From: Octopus vulgaris
Lineage: Eukaryota
Length of the DNA: 64,000 bases
Direction: 5' to 3'
NCBI GenBank assembly: GCA_951406725.2
Contig: OX597815.1
Location: 115,816,001 to 115,880,000 of the forward strand
The translations under genes and the position numbers were made by a program. The notes below the pieces were generated by a model. The model was not told the DNA's origin. It saw only the letters and a list, made by a program, of their open reading frames with translations, and did no database searches. Shown one piece after another: positions 1 through 12,992 of the stretch; the stretch's first letter is position 1; each line of letters begins with the position of its first letter.

Positions 1-70
1 CTTTCTGACAAGTTGTGGTGCACCTGAGCACTGTATACAATAATTTCATTATTATTATTATTTTATTATA
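1..70 (+). mobile_element. 3' terminus of CR1/L2-type LINE (subfamily A) with (TTA)n tail
   Basis: TGACAAGTTGTGGTGCACCTGAGCACTGTATACAATAATTTC(ATT)n matches the 3' end at 24820-24870. Confidence 0.8.
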
Positions 71-1639
71 ACAGTGTTTAGAAAAGCTACAAGCGGCGTA
101 CTGACTGAGTCAAAGGAAAAAGTATTTGGAATACTAGAAGAATAGTGAATAGGATTCTGGAGATAGAAATTTTGCCGATTCAGTTACTTAACGTCAGCAG
201 AATTTCAGATTAGGCATCCCATCCTTCATAAGAAAGGAAAATGTTAATTTTTTTCCCTTTTCCCTCCTTATTCTTTCATTCAATGGAAATTGCGATTCTG
301 AGTTTTTTGCCTTATTTTTATTCAAAATTTCTATTTTTAACATTTTACCACCCACTTCCGTAACCTTCTTCGGGTGTAGTTTTGGTACAGCCGTCCCTAG
401 AAGTTTCATTCTTCAGTGAGAAGAAAAGGGATAGTTTCTTTTCTTTTCTTCTGGTAGAGAGTGGGGCACAATAAATAAGATTTTCTGCCTTTTGACTTGG
501 AGAAAAGATATATTTTTTACAAATGTTCACTACCTTACAAAAACTATATCATCTAAACAAATTACCTTCTCCAAATACATTAAAAACACTATAACATAAT
601 TTGAACACTATCTCAGAAAACTATCTCCATTAGCTGGGGAAAAATGAGTATACCAAGTAAGGTAAATTTGCCTCTTCAGTTCTTCAGAATTGCATCTGAA
701 AAATGACTCATGCATACCAATATCCATCCTTACACAGAAAAATCAGAAATGCAACAAAAAATTTAAATGTTTAGGTCAAGTTGAAAGCAGATCATAGAAA
801 AATGGCACATGATATGAAATCTGAAAACATAAAATATTCTCTATAGTTTCTTCACGATCTGCTGGAGTGGATCTCTTCATAATAGATTTACACACCATGT
901 AGTTAAAGAGAAGAAATTATTGAAGTTAGTCATTACTCATTTTGCCCCAGTTAGACATCATGATTTGGAAGTTGTAGATTATCAAATTAGACATTAGTGT
1001 GGAAGAAAAATTGACTTGGAATCCAACAGAGAAAAGAATATTGATTGTTAAGCATTAAAAATTATCCAGATATTTTATTAACAACCTCAATTACAAATCG
1101 AGTTAGAGTTGAGGAAAAATTTCTCGAAAAATAAGCACCTGTCACTTGACTATGTTTCAAACTCTTTCAACTTCAACAAATATGTTAACCAATCTTACTC
1201 CCAAAAATGATGCAATGGTACAAAATTATGATGTACTAGGGAGAAAATAGGAAATCTTAAATGATTCATGTTGCCCCCTCATACAAGGAAAATTACGATT
1301 TTGACCAATTTATTTTCCAAAAATTTATTTTTACATTTTGCTTCTTTCTTCTGTACCTTTTTCCTTTCCCATTAGGTGTGGCACTTTGAAGAATAGTTAA
1401 TCCAAAATATCCTCTTCTATGGGTCATGGGTCTCCTAATCCAAAACTCTGCCTCAAAATAATGGCTGCAAGATTAGATGGACATATTACATTGAGAAATT
1501 ATATATTCAACAAGCGAGGTAGTGGTTGTTTGTTATGTTTAAGAAACACATCTTTGTTCAAGTAAGATTAAAGTCAAGACCAAAATAATCAAACTGCTCT
1601 AAGAGCCCTACATTTCATCAAGAAAGCAGAGAGATTAAA

Positions 1640-2930
1640 TGAAATTATTCAAGGAGCTTGTAACAGGTTTCAAATTTGTGGTAATTTTAATTATAGCTTT
1701 ATAGACTGAACAGTTTAAAAGGGCAAAATCTTTTGTAGGTGTGTTGGATTCTTTCTAATACAATATACAAATCAGATACTAAAATATACTGAATTTTGCT
1801 CTAACTAAAGGTTTGATTATAGAAATTTTGAAGGTAAATTCATCCTTCGAGTGGTTTTGATCATAATGGGTTTGAACATTCTTATTGAAAATGCAAAGCT
1901 ACTATTTTGTTGATTACTGAGGTAAAAATAACGTAACTGAATGAGGCTTTTCAAAGATAAATGCTATTGAAAGAAGCTGGCATTTAAACAAGTATTACTG
2001 GAAGAAATATAAAGGAACAGTATGTTTATAAGAAAAGATAGAGACATGAAACTTGTATGGTTTTGCACCAATGTTGGTAGGGCCCTTTAGAAGTAAAAGT
2101 TGAAAAGACTACCAAAAACTATCAATGGTAGCTATTAGAACAACCAAAATTGTGCAAAAACTAAGAAAAGAATGTAGAAAAAAATATAATATTAAAATTG
2201 ATCTTAAAGCATTTTACCAATACTTCGAAAGTATTACTAAGTGCAAAGATATTGTTGGTCCCCCTATAGATTAGAATGGAGGGATAATAAAAGATGAATT
2301 TTTGACAGCAAACATACTGAATAAATTCTTTTCTGCAATATTTGCTGCTAAAATTTCGAGTAAATGTCATGTACTTAAATCTATTTCAAGGAGATGAATG
2401 GTAATATGCAAATGATGTTGATCCTCTCTAATAATAAGAAAACATTTGAAAAAATTAAACCCAGAAAAGTCACCTGGAGTTCAGTTGATCTATTCAGGAT
2501 ATTGAAAATGTTGCCATCAGTTCTTGCTAAACCATTAAGTCTATTATTTCAAACAAGAATGAATAATTAGTGTTGAGCCAGAAGACAGAAAACTAGTGAA
2601 TAATACTACCTTATACAAAAAGAAAAAAATAACGATATCTGTTAAGCAATTATAGTAATTATGTGTAAAATTATAGACTCACTGATTAGAGATACAAGTT
2701 AATCACTTCACTAAGCACAAATTTATTAGAGTCCTAACAAATTTGAAGTATTAGTTATGCATCAAGAACTTTAGTAAAGTATTTGACAAAGTACAGTATA
2801 AAAGATAGATTTCAAAATTGAAAACATGAAATTGGAGCAAGAATCAGAGCAATGATTGAATGGAAGTCTGAGTGAGAGAAAGCAGAGAGTTCAGTAAGTT
2901 CCAGCTTGATTAATGTAGTGAAGGGAGAAT
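1640..2930 (+). pseudogene. Highly decayed CR1/L2-type LINE ORF2 (pre-RT and RT N-terminal part)
   Basis: Broken-frame motifs KLNPEKSPG (~2452), SVLAKPLSLLFQ (~2520), FSKVFDKVQYKR*ISKL (~2770) and LSERKQRV (~2868). Confidence 0.7.
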
Positions 2931-3621
2931 CTAATCAATCAATAATGCTTATACAGTGAAGATTAGAGAACATCACCTCAGTGACTAATTTTATTATATT
3001 GGCAAGTATGGGCAACAACCACAGACATATTTTAGTCTTATTGAACCTCGTTAGCCATATTAGCTCCACATTTATGAGATTAGTCATAAGAAAATCACCA
3101 CATTGATGTCTAATAATGTACATGAATAAGCATCAAACATTGCCATAATGATTGAAAAATGCTCGACAACACCTACATGAAAAATAAGTCGTGTACATTA
3201 TTGTACATCGATATGTAGTAAGAAAGATTAGAAAAACTAACTAATTAATGATATTTAACTCCTTGATTTACATTATCTTAATCTAAATATTTTGAATCTA
3301 TCTTAGTTTTGGTCAGTTGGACAACTGATAAGCAACAAATGTTATTCAAGCCACCACTAAATAGTAGACAAAATAACGAAGGAACTTTCTCCTTACTAAA
3401 AAACATCACACTCTCTTCCTCAAATCACCACATTCTAGTACCTTAAATAAGGAATTGACACATTGGATGTTGTCCTAAATGTATCTTTTAACAATTGGAA
3501 TGTTCATGGCTGAATTGTCAGATCATCTGTCTGCTCAACCATGAATGTAACTTAAATCACAGGCATGGATTTCACTTAATTTCATTAAAGCAAGCAACAT
3601 AGGCTGGAAGTAATTATTGTC

Positions 3622-4690
3622 AGTCATCATCATCATCATCATCATCATCATTTTTCACGTCTGTTGTCCATGTTGGCATGGGTTGGACGGTTTGACCAGA
3701 GCAGGGGAGTTCATATACTCTGACTACCACTGATTTGGCATGGGCTCTATGGCTGAATGCCCTTCCTAATACCAACCACTTTACAGAGTGTGCTGGGGTG
3801 CTTTTACAGGGCACCACATTGGCACTTTTATGTGGTGCCACATGGGCACTTTTATATGACACTGCATTGGCACTTTTACAAGGCACTGCATGGGCACTTT
3901 TACATGGCATCACATGAGTGCTTTTATATGGCACCACTACACAAGTGCTTTATACCACCAGAAATATCAGTTTTAACACTTTTGCTGTGGAGTATGGGTT
4001 TTCTTAAGTACGGCAAGATGCCAGGCATCTCGGTCCTTTGTCACCTCACCTGAAAGGTTCAGTGTCCTGAGGTCATTCCTCAGTACTTCATCCCATGTCT
4101 TCCTGGGTTTCCCACTTCCACATGTTCCATCCACTTCTTTATGAAGCTGTCAGCCTCCAACTGCATCATATGACTAAACCAGTACAGTCTTCTCTCTTAC
4201 ACACAACAAACAATTCCTCTTATGCTTAACTCTCTTAGAACACTAGCACTCCATCAAACTTGTACACTTGCATTACACATCCAGCAGAGCATACTAGCCT
4301 TATTCCTTTCTAACCATCGCATGTCCTGTGCATTCAGGGCCTACGTCTCACTATCATATAGAATTACTGTCCATATACATGCACCATACAATCTTCTTTT
4401 CACTCAGTGGGAAAAACCTTTCGTGGCCAACAGAGGTAACAGCTCTCTGAATTTCCTCCTTCTTATTCTTATTCTAACTATCACAGTCTCCATGTGTCCA
4501 CCTGCACTATTAATTTGTTCCCCAAGGTAGCAGAAATTACCTACTACATCTAATGAGCCACCAGGGCATTTGAGGGAATCAATTTCTTGAGTCTCTATAG
4601 TTTTTTATGGATCCTGTGTGTCTACCACATATGAAAACTATCTTCTCTGATAACCTTCCTATTAATCCACTGCACCTCTGTGTGTCCAAT
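3622..4690 (-). mobile_element. 5'-truncated RTE LINE: RT C-terminus, 3' UTR with 22-bp minisatellite, (GAT)n tail
   Basis: Minus strand gives FCYLG-like and GKPRKTWDEV motifs homologous to 16340-16820. The 3' UTR box (GGAAGGGCAT..) is shared with many copies. (TCA)n at 3624-3651. Confidence 0.85.
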
Positions 4691-4759
4691 CCTACCCCAC
4701 TTCAATGTTCTCGGGCCTACTTTTAACTCATGCCACTTTTTCACTAAGGTGACATTCTC

Positions 4760-5125
4760 TCATCATTATCATCATCATTTAGCATCCATTGTCCATGCTG
4801 GCATGGGTTGGATGGTTTGATCAGGGCTTGCAAGCTGGAAGACTGCACCAAACTCCAATCTGACTTGGCTGAATGCCCTTCCTAACACCAACCACTCTGA
4901 GAGTGTAATGGGTGCTTTTACATGCCACCTGCACAGGTGCCATTTGCATGACACTGGTATCTGCCATAACTGTGATTTTACTTGGTTTGATGGATCTTCT
5001 TCTCAAGCACAACATTATGCCAAAGGTCTCTGTTATTGCTTCTGTGAGGCCAAACACTTGAAAGGAGCTCAGTCACTTTGCCTCTGTGAGGTCCAATGCT
5101 CAAAAGGTGCTTTTTACGTGCCACC
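4760..5125 (-). mobile_element. RTE 3'-UTR-derived short element
   Basis: (TCA)n followed by CCATGCTGGCATGGGTTGGA...TGCCCTTCCTAACACCAACCACTC, the family signature. Confidence 0.8.
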
Positions 5126-5246
5126 CATATATCTCTACCAGCAGAGCTACCTTTTCTCTGTGAGGGATACTTTACATATAATGTACTAGAAATATTAGCC
5201 AAACTTCTCTCAAATCATGTCCCAGTTTTAAACAGAAATAAAACAT

Positions 5247-5635
5247 TCATCATCATCATCGTCGTTTAATGTCTGTTTCCCATGCTGGCATGGGTTGGAG
5301 GGTTTGACTGAGGCCTGGAGAGCCAGCAGCTGCACCAGGCTCCAATCTGATCTGGCAATGTTTCTGCAGTTGGATACCCTTCCTAACGCCAACCACTCCG
5401 AGAGTGTAGTGGGTGCTTTTTACATGCCACCGGAGCAGGAACCAGTCAGGTAGATGTGGCATCGATCATGTTCAGATAGTGCATTTTACATGCCACCAGC
5501 ATGGAAGTCAGTCAAGGGGTACTGGCATCGACCATATTCTGTTGGTGCTTTTTACGTGCCACTGGCATGAGAGCCAGTCAGTGGGTACTGGTATCGGCCA
5601 CATTCCGATGGTGCTTTTTACGTGCCACCAGTACA
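5247..5635 (-). mobile_element. RTE 3'-UTR-derived short element with ~58-bp internal tandem units
   Basis: Family signature plus 4 GGTGCTTTTTACRTGCCAC units. Confidence 0.85.
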
Positions 5636-5759
5636 AGAGTAATTTTAAATATAGTATGATTGAAACTAAAATGGAATGTCCGTGGCCAGAACATCTTTCA
5701 TCATAAAGTTGACTTGTAGGATAAATGCCATCAGATAGTGTGTTCCCTTCTTAAATCTT

Positions 5760-6967
5760 CTTCAGCTTTATATGAAATTCCACATCAAACAGGTTCTAAT
5801 TTACTCATTCCTTCTAGTTTCTGTAGATCTTCTGTATGATTATCATGTCTCACAACAATGCAGTATTGTATTTTTAGCATAAGCTTTATATAATCTACCT
5901 TTAGCACAAATAGAGAAACCCTCTACTATTATCAGATGCAACAATCCACTGAACTTCGGCCTGTTTCTTACTCTACTACTAGACTTTCATAACTATTTCC
6001 TGCACAAATTATATGAGCTATAGAGCAGAAACTAAGGGCTACATCAAACAAACCATCTGAGCAATCTTTGAACTTTACTTCACAAGTATCCCAGATGCTA
6101 ATCATTCTTATAAATCTGGTAACTCTAAAGTTCCCACTGCTTTTCTTGTTTAACCATTACTTGCACAGTGTATTCAGTATTGAGTTCCTATTTACTTTTT
6201 ATTTAACATTGAACAATATCACTTCCTAGATGCCCTTAAGCTTTGTATACCAGTCTTTATACACGTTAACTTTTGTGATTGTTTTCACTCTGGACCACTT
6301 TTCAGATTTGGAACTTTTTTCTGCACTCCTTTAACAGATTTTTGCCATGAGAACCTGGTTATTAACTTGTGAAAGTTCTGAAGTAGTCTATCAGAATTCA
6401 TTTTTACTAAATGTGAAAAACTCCATTATACCAGCCAAGATCTGATCAGCTGATATGTTTCAGAAGACTAAGTGCAAATGTTCCAGATTACAAAACAGAA
6501 AAGGAGCAAAATCCCTGTATTTCATGGTTAACTTCTTAATCAAAGAACCTCCTCTACTAAATGTGTATAAACACACCATTTCCAGTTTATATTGACAAAA
6601 ATGCATCAAAGAGATTTTGGTTTTCTCCTTAAAATCAAACAATATTTCAATCTTGAGTAGTTTTCCTTTTTTAAAGACTTAAATATATCCCACTATGATT
6701 TACAGCTTCTATATTTGGTTGCTGGTGCTGCATAGTTTTAAAATAAAAATACGATGAGCTAAGGAAAATTACTTGAATGGGTAAATGGCATGAAGTCAGT
6801 TTTCACGCTCAGAGTTGCTGAAGCATGGAATAAACTGCCTGCGTCAGTTGTTGACTGCCATGACACTGCATCCTTTAAGGCCCTCATGCTTTCCGAAATC
6901 CGCCGAAACTACACCTGATTATATATACACTTTAGATGAGTTGTTGTGCACCTGAGCACTGTACACA

Positions 6968-7005
<38 letters not shown>

Positions 7006-8300
7006 ATTGCCATATGCAAAAAGTTTTTAATTTAAATTTTCTTTGCAGCTGGTAAAATAAAACAAAACAAGAATAAAACTAACTGCAACTGTTAATTGTT
7101 TAACACTATTTTTTTTCTTACTTGGTTTATCTATCTGATACCTCTATATTTACTTCCCTCAAGAGCATCTTCTTGTCTTTGTAGTAGGTGATGCTGCTAA
7201 GCCAGTCAGTAAGAATTGCTTGTACAATCTGATTTGCTATGTGAGTGACTTGCACACATGCTATCACACTAGATGTTTTCAGCATCTCAGCAACTATCCT
7301 TGATGGTCTAACAGCTTTTCCTGGGAAACCACACAACTTAATTTCAATAGCTAATCTCTCTGCTAGATTGATTTCACCTCGCCTGTTTTTCTCCTCTACA
7401 CATTCTCCTTTTTCAGCAACTTCTCATAATAATATATCCTTCATTTCTTCTTCTCACAACCAGTCAGTACGGCAGCTTCACTGTTATTATAGACAAACTT
7501 CTCACCAACAAAGTCTTCATACTGTTGATGCTTTTCCATCTAATACACCTCACATGGAGGAATATTGGAACCCTCTTACTTTCTGTTTCTATCTTTACTG
7601 AGTATATCTGATGTTTGGCTTCTCATCTAATTATCTGATATTGTTCTGATAGTGTCTTAGCTTTCGTGGCTCTTTCTAGCCTGTCACTTTCAATTGTGCT
7701 GGAACCTTGCTCCCACAGATCTGGTCTGTGACTCACTGCAAGTTGTCTCATTGAAGCTCCCAATTATCCTCAACATTTATAGATTTCTATCTCCTCCTCC
7801 TTCTCAACATACATATCACCAAGTACTTCCTCGAATATACATCTGGCTCAGGAATCTGTCTCCATTTCTTCCTTCTCCAGGTTGTCTTTTGCTTGACACT
7901 TACCTACTTTGATATCACTTATCAGAGTATTTCAAGTGGGACATTTTTCACTGGAGAACATGTAGTATTGACAAGCATCTATATATTCCATTTATTCATG
8001 AGTATTCTATCTAATTTGCACATTTACCTGTCTATTTTGTGATTAGTTAGCTGGTGGTTTCCTGAAATTAGTGTTTCAGATGGTGAGTCATTTGCATCAC
8101 AAAACTCTGTGAGCTTTGATCTCTTCATTCCAGGCATTAAGCCATAGTCTCTATATACTTGAAACAATTATTATAGTCTTGCTCAGCATGCCCATTAAAT
8201 TCACCAGTTGGGATAACCAGGACCCTGTCATCTATTGTGAAGATAGTGCACAAGAGAGGCCCTTAGAAATGGTCATTTTGCTCATCTGTAAATCCTGATT
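5760..8300 (-). pseudogene. Possible very decayed LINE (ORF1/endonuclease region)
   Basis: Purine-rich minus strand and a weak RGG-type endonuclease-like motif near 6550. No intact domain. Confidence 0.3.
6800..7003 (+). mobile_element. Young 3' fragment of CR1/L2-type LINE (subfamily B)
   Basis: Near-identical to the reverse complement of 23755-23922; encodes FTLRVAEAWNKLPASVV; (TTA)n tail. Confidence 0.9.
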
Positions 8301-8324
8301 GTGATGCATATGCAGAGATCACTA

Positions 8325-8803
8325 CTGTTGCATTTCCGGACTGGCATCCGTGCTAGTGGAGCACTAAGAGCACCATCCGAGCCTGATCATTGCCAGAGCG
8401 GCTAACTGGCTTCCGTGCTGGTGGCATGTAAAAAGCACCATTCGAGCGTGATCATTACCAGTGTCGCCTTACTGGCACTTGTGCCGATGGCATGTGAAAA
8501 AACATTCAAGCGAGGTTCTTGCCAGTCCCGCTGGACTGGCTCCTGTGCAGGTGGCACATAAAAAACACCATTTGAGTGTGGCCATTAACAGTACTGCCTG
8601 ACTAGCCTTCGTGCTGGTGGCATGTAAAAGCACCCACTACACTCTTGGGGTGGTTGGCATTAGGAAAGGCATCCAGCTGTAGAAACTCTGCCAGATCAAG
8701 ATTGGAGCCTGGTGCAGCCATCTGGTTCACCAATCCTCAGTCAAATCGTCCAACCCATGCTAGCATGGAAAGCAGATGTTAAACGATGATGATGATGATG
8801 ATG
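8325..8803 (+). mobile_element. RTE 3'-UTR-derived element with tandem units
   Basis: 5 GGCACRTAAAA-type units, GGAAAGGCATCCAGC box, (GAT)n tail. Confidence 0.85.
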
Positions 8804-9281
8804 AGTCCAACTTTAATTATTTTGTCACATTCTCTGACTACCTCAATTATTTTATCTATGCATTTATGCATTACTTTGCCAATAATATGCCAACTCTATC
8901 CACCCTAGTGTTGTTACTCATGCAGAAGGACGTGTACTGATATTTCTGGCCTGTAAAGAGTCTGGTTAAAACTCCCCTCTATTTTAACTTTTGTCCACCT
9001 ACACTTCCACTCAGCAATTCAACAATTTCTCTAAACCAAACTTTTATTATGCCAATTCTTTTAGTGACATCTCTGAGATTTGTTTTAAACAGGGAAAGGA
9101 AAATTTCTAATAGTATCTGAGTTGTTTGGTGTGTATTTTCTACATCTGAAAGCTAGAGGTTTGGCACAATTATTTGAGGACACTTAAGTACATTCTTGTA
9201 CAAAGCCAGATGTTCCCACCTGGCCACCTCACTGTTGTGCACAACACTAACATGACAAATGTTAGTCCTATAAATGTAATT

Positions 9282-9635
9282 AGATACTTGCCCAAGGTGC
9301 CACGCAGTCCCACTGCATGGCACCTTGGGCAAGTGTCTTCTACTATAGCCTTGGGCCAACCAAAGCCTTGTGAGTGGATTTGGTAGATGGAAACTGAAAA
9401 GAAGCTCGTCGTATATATGTATATGTTTGTGTGTGTGTTTGTCCCCTCAACATCGCTTGACAACCGATGTTAGTGTGTTTACGTCCCCGTAACTTAGCGG
9501 TTCGGCAAAAGAGACCGATAGAATAAGTACTAGGCTTACAAAGAATAAGTCCTGGGATTGATTTGTTCAATGAAAGGCGGTGTTCTAGCATGGCCGCAGT
9601 CAAATGACTGAAACAAGTAAAAGAGTAAAAGAGAG
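9282..9635 (+). mobile_element. tRNA/CORE-type SINE (family 1) with foldback 5' end
   Basis: CORE-like CACCTTGGGCAAGT, central (TG)n, tail TGACTGAAACAAGTAAAAGAG; tRNA head missing. Confidence 0.85.
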
Positions 9636-9789
9636 AGAGATGTTTTCATTGATTTGATTGTCATATTTTCTTGTGTTTTAGAGTTGGATACTCTTCCTCT
9701 CAGAAACAACTTTAAAGCCAGGACTGAGTGTATTTTAATGTGTCACTGGCACAAAAAGGGTTATCTAATATGATATTAGTGTCCTCTCT

Positions 9790-10380
9790 ACATCATCAGC
9801 ATCATCATTTAACATCCGTTTTCTATGCTGGCATGGATTGAACAGTTTGACAGGAGCTGACAATTCAGAGAACTGCACCGGGCTCCTTTGTCTGCTTTGG
9901 TATGGTTTCTGTGGTTGGATGCTCTCCCTAATGCCATGCACTTTACAGAATGTACAGGGTACTTTTTATGTGGCACCAACGCTGGTGCTCTTTACATGGT
10001 ACCAGCACCAGCAGGGTTGCCAACTAACTTACAAGACAAAGACCCCCTTGGCTGGGAGGGAGTAGTACTGAGGGAGGTGACTTTGTGCTGTGCTGATTGA
10101 GAGGTTATAGTATTAAAGAGGGGTAGGAATAGGTGTCTTACTATACATGAGATACTTGGTTGTCTCAAAAGGAAAAGAAAGGAGAGGAAAGAGAAATATA
10201 GTTATTGAGAAAAACAAAGTGAGAGAGAGAGAAATAGATGGTGTTGGAGATGTATCAAGACATATGCACAAGGTCCAGTGGGAATTAATATAAGAGGTAC
10301 AGAGAGGATAGAGGGAGATGTTTCATAAGATTGTGAGGAGAGATGTTTAGAGATGGGTAAGAGTGCTGGCTCCATGTAAA
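9790..10380 (-). mobile_element. RTE 3'-UTR-derived element, long variant
   Basis: (CAT)n tail and family signature, continuing into a purine-rich tract homologous to 17200-17412. Confidence 0.7.
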
Positions 10381-10794
10381 AACCAAATTGCAAGCTTTAA
10401 TCATCAAAATCTAACCTCTTGTCCTATGTGTGATATTTGCCACAGTGCAGGACTTGTTATAATTTTAGAATGAATAACCATAAAACTTCAAGAACATGCT
10501 TCTTTATTTCATTGTCAATAGAATATGGTATTAAGCCAAGGGTTGGCAACTTCTTTGCCTCCACAAGCAGGATCGAGTTTTAATGACAGATACCAGGCTG
10601 GACGAAAGCCATAAAAGAATAATTATGGAAAATTACACAAGCTATAATTTAATCATGAGTGTTGACAATACTTCAAAATAATTTGTACTAACCACAGACG
10701 AATGTAGTAATGGAAAAACACCATTTATTCAATTTAAGAGATCTTTGGAATCATTTGTTTAAAAAATCCTAAAAATATATAGCAGCAAAAAAAA

Positions 10795-12550
10795 TGAATG
10801 GGAAACTTGATGTTTTTTGTTCCTTGAAAGCTTCTCAATATTAGGCTTCAAACTTGTTGATGCCAAGAGCAAGATATTATCAAGATAATCATCAGTTAAT
10901 CCTGTTCTTAGTTTACTTAAATTTGGAAAATAATTGCTCACGCTGATAAGTGCTTCCAAACAATGATGCTATTTTTTTGCATGATTCACTAAGTTGGTAT
11001 ACTTCCCACTTGGAAAAATATATTTTGCATAGAAGTCAATCAATGAAACATCTTTAGAATGAAATTTAGATCTCAATAAGTCGTCACACTGCATATCAAT
11101 CAATTCCATTTGGAAACATTCTGATACTGTCTCCACCTCCACATCAAATGGTGTAGCAAGCAATTTAAACTGATTTGCATGCAGACGAAAGTCAGCAAAA
11201 AGTGATGCAAATTAATTTCTCAAATCCTGGATTATATTCACAAATACTTCTGAATCCTGTGGTTTCCTTCTTTGAAATGATGGAAAATGTACATAAATTT
11301 TATTTCAAAGTTGATGTTCCCACAACTGTAGCTCTTTTTCAAAGGTAACATTATGGTTATACATTTCCTTTTCAAGCTGAGTTTTACCTTGAAGTTGTAA
11401 ATTTAAGTTATTTAAATGAGTCCCAATATCCACAATAAATGCCAAAGTTGCAAGCCAATCAGGATCTCAAACATGTGAATTATCCATACATTTGTTTTTG
11501 AGAAATATTGCCGCCTCTTTGTGTAAGGCAAGTACTCTTTTTAACATTGATCCTCAGCTAAGCCAGTGTACATTGCAGAAATAAGCAAGGTCACCATATT
11601 CTGCCTCAGTAATTAGCAAAAACTGTTTAAATTGACAATGATTTAATCCACGAGATAGGAGCAAATTTATGGCCTTCACAACAATATCCATAACATTCTT
11701 AAATTTCAAAGACATGGCACACAATGTCTCATGATGGATAATACAATGAATTTTAACAAGTTTAAAGTGATTCCAAGGCTTTCTATATGTTCTTGCAATA
11801 GTGCGACAAAGCCTTTTTTTTTTATCCTACCATTGCTGGGGCACCATCAGTTGATTTTTTGAAGCCAATTAGCTTCAAAAAATCAAACTTCGTTTCTGGT
11901 ATCATTTTCAACAAAGCTTCAAAGATGTCTGCTCCTGTTATGGTTTTCTTCACAGGAATTAACTGAATAAATTCTTCAAAGATCTAAAAAGTTGAAGTCA
12001 CTCCTCACACAAAGACAGTAAGTTGTGCAGTGTCACTTAAGTCTGTACTCTGCAATCGACAAATATTGTAATTCACTGCAGGCATTGATTAATTGATTTT
12101 AAACATCTGCTGACGTTTCTTCAACCCGCCATGTGATCGTCCATGGAGATAGGCCGATAGTTTCAAATAAAAACTTTTTTCTGCAAGAACAATATCCAAC
12201 ACTGACAATTAGCAGTCTTTAAAAAATCACCATCTATAAAAGGCTTCGTCTTTTCAATGATGCATTTTGAGACTTCATAACTGGCAATTGTATTTGCCAC
12301 ATTTTTGCCTTTTCTGATTTAAAAAAATGATGTTTGTTTTCCAAAACTAGGCTTCAACTGCTCAACTTCATCTTTCTTTGCTTGTCCTAAAATTTTCATA
12401 ATGATACATCTCGTAATGTCACCTAATATTTGCTACCTTATTCACAGCAGTGCTTTCTAGACATATGAGACAAATCAGGTTCCCACTGTGCTCAATGGAG
12501 AAATAATCTTGGGGCATTCAGCATCTTACCTTTCTTTGTTTTACATTCAT
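10795..12550 (-). pseudogene. hAT transposase pseudogene (multiple stops and frameshifts)
   Basis: ORF pieces 10759-10959 and 10969-11163, plus DDE and CxxH motifs upstream in different frames. Confidence 0.88.
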
Positions 12551-12604
12551 GGTCATCAAAATGTTTTCCTACGAATAAAATTTAAATCTAAATTAAAAAT
12601 TTTA

Positions 12605-12992
12605 CTGGAGTGGCAATGTGGTAAGTAGCTTGCTTACTAACCACATGGTTCCGGGTTCAGTCCCACTGCATGGCACCTTGGGCAAATGTCTTCAACTATA
12701 GCCTTGGGCCAACCAAAGCCTTGTGAGTGGATTTGGTAGACTGAAACTGAAAGAAGCCCGTCGTATGTGTGTTTGTGTGTGTATGTTTGTGTGTCTGTGT
12801 TTGTCCCTACACCATCTCTTGAGAACCGATGTTGGTGTGTTCACTTCCTCATAACTTAGTGGTTCGGCAAAAAGAGACCAATAAAATAAGTACCAGGCTT
12901 ACAAAGAATAAGTCCTGGGGTCGATCTGTTCGACTAAAGGTGGTGCTCCAGCATGGCCACAGTCAAATGACTGAAACAAATAAAAGAAGAAA
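12605..12992 (+). mobile_element. Full-length tRNA/CORE-type SINE (family 1)
   Basis: A-box TGGCAATGTGG, B-box GGTTCAGTCCC, CORE-like motif, family tail. Confidence 0.9.
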
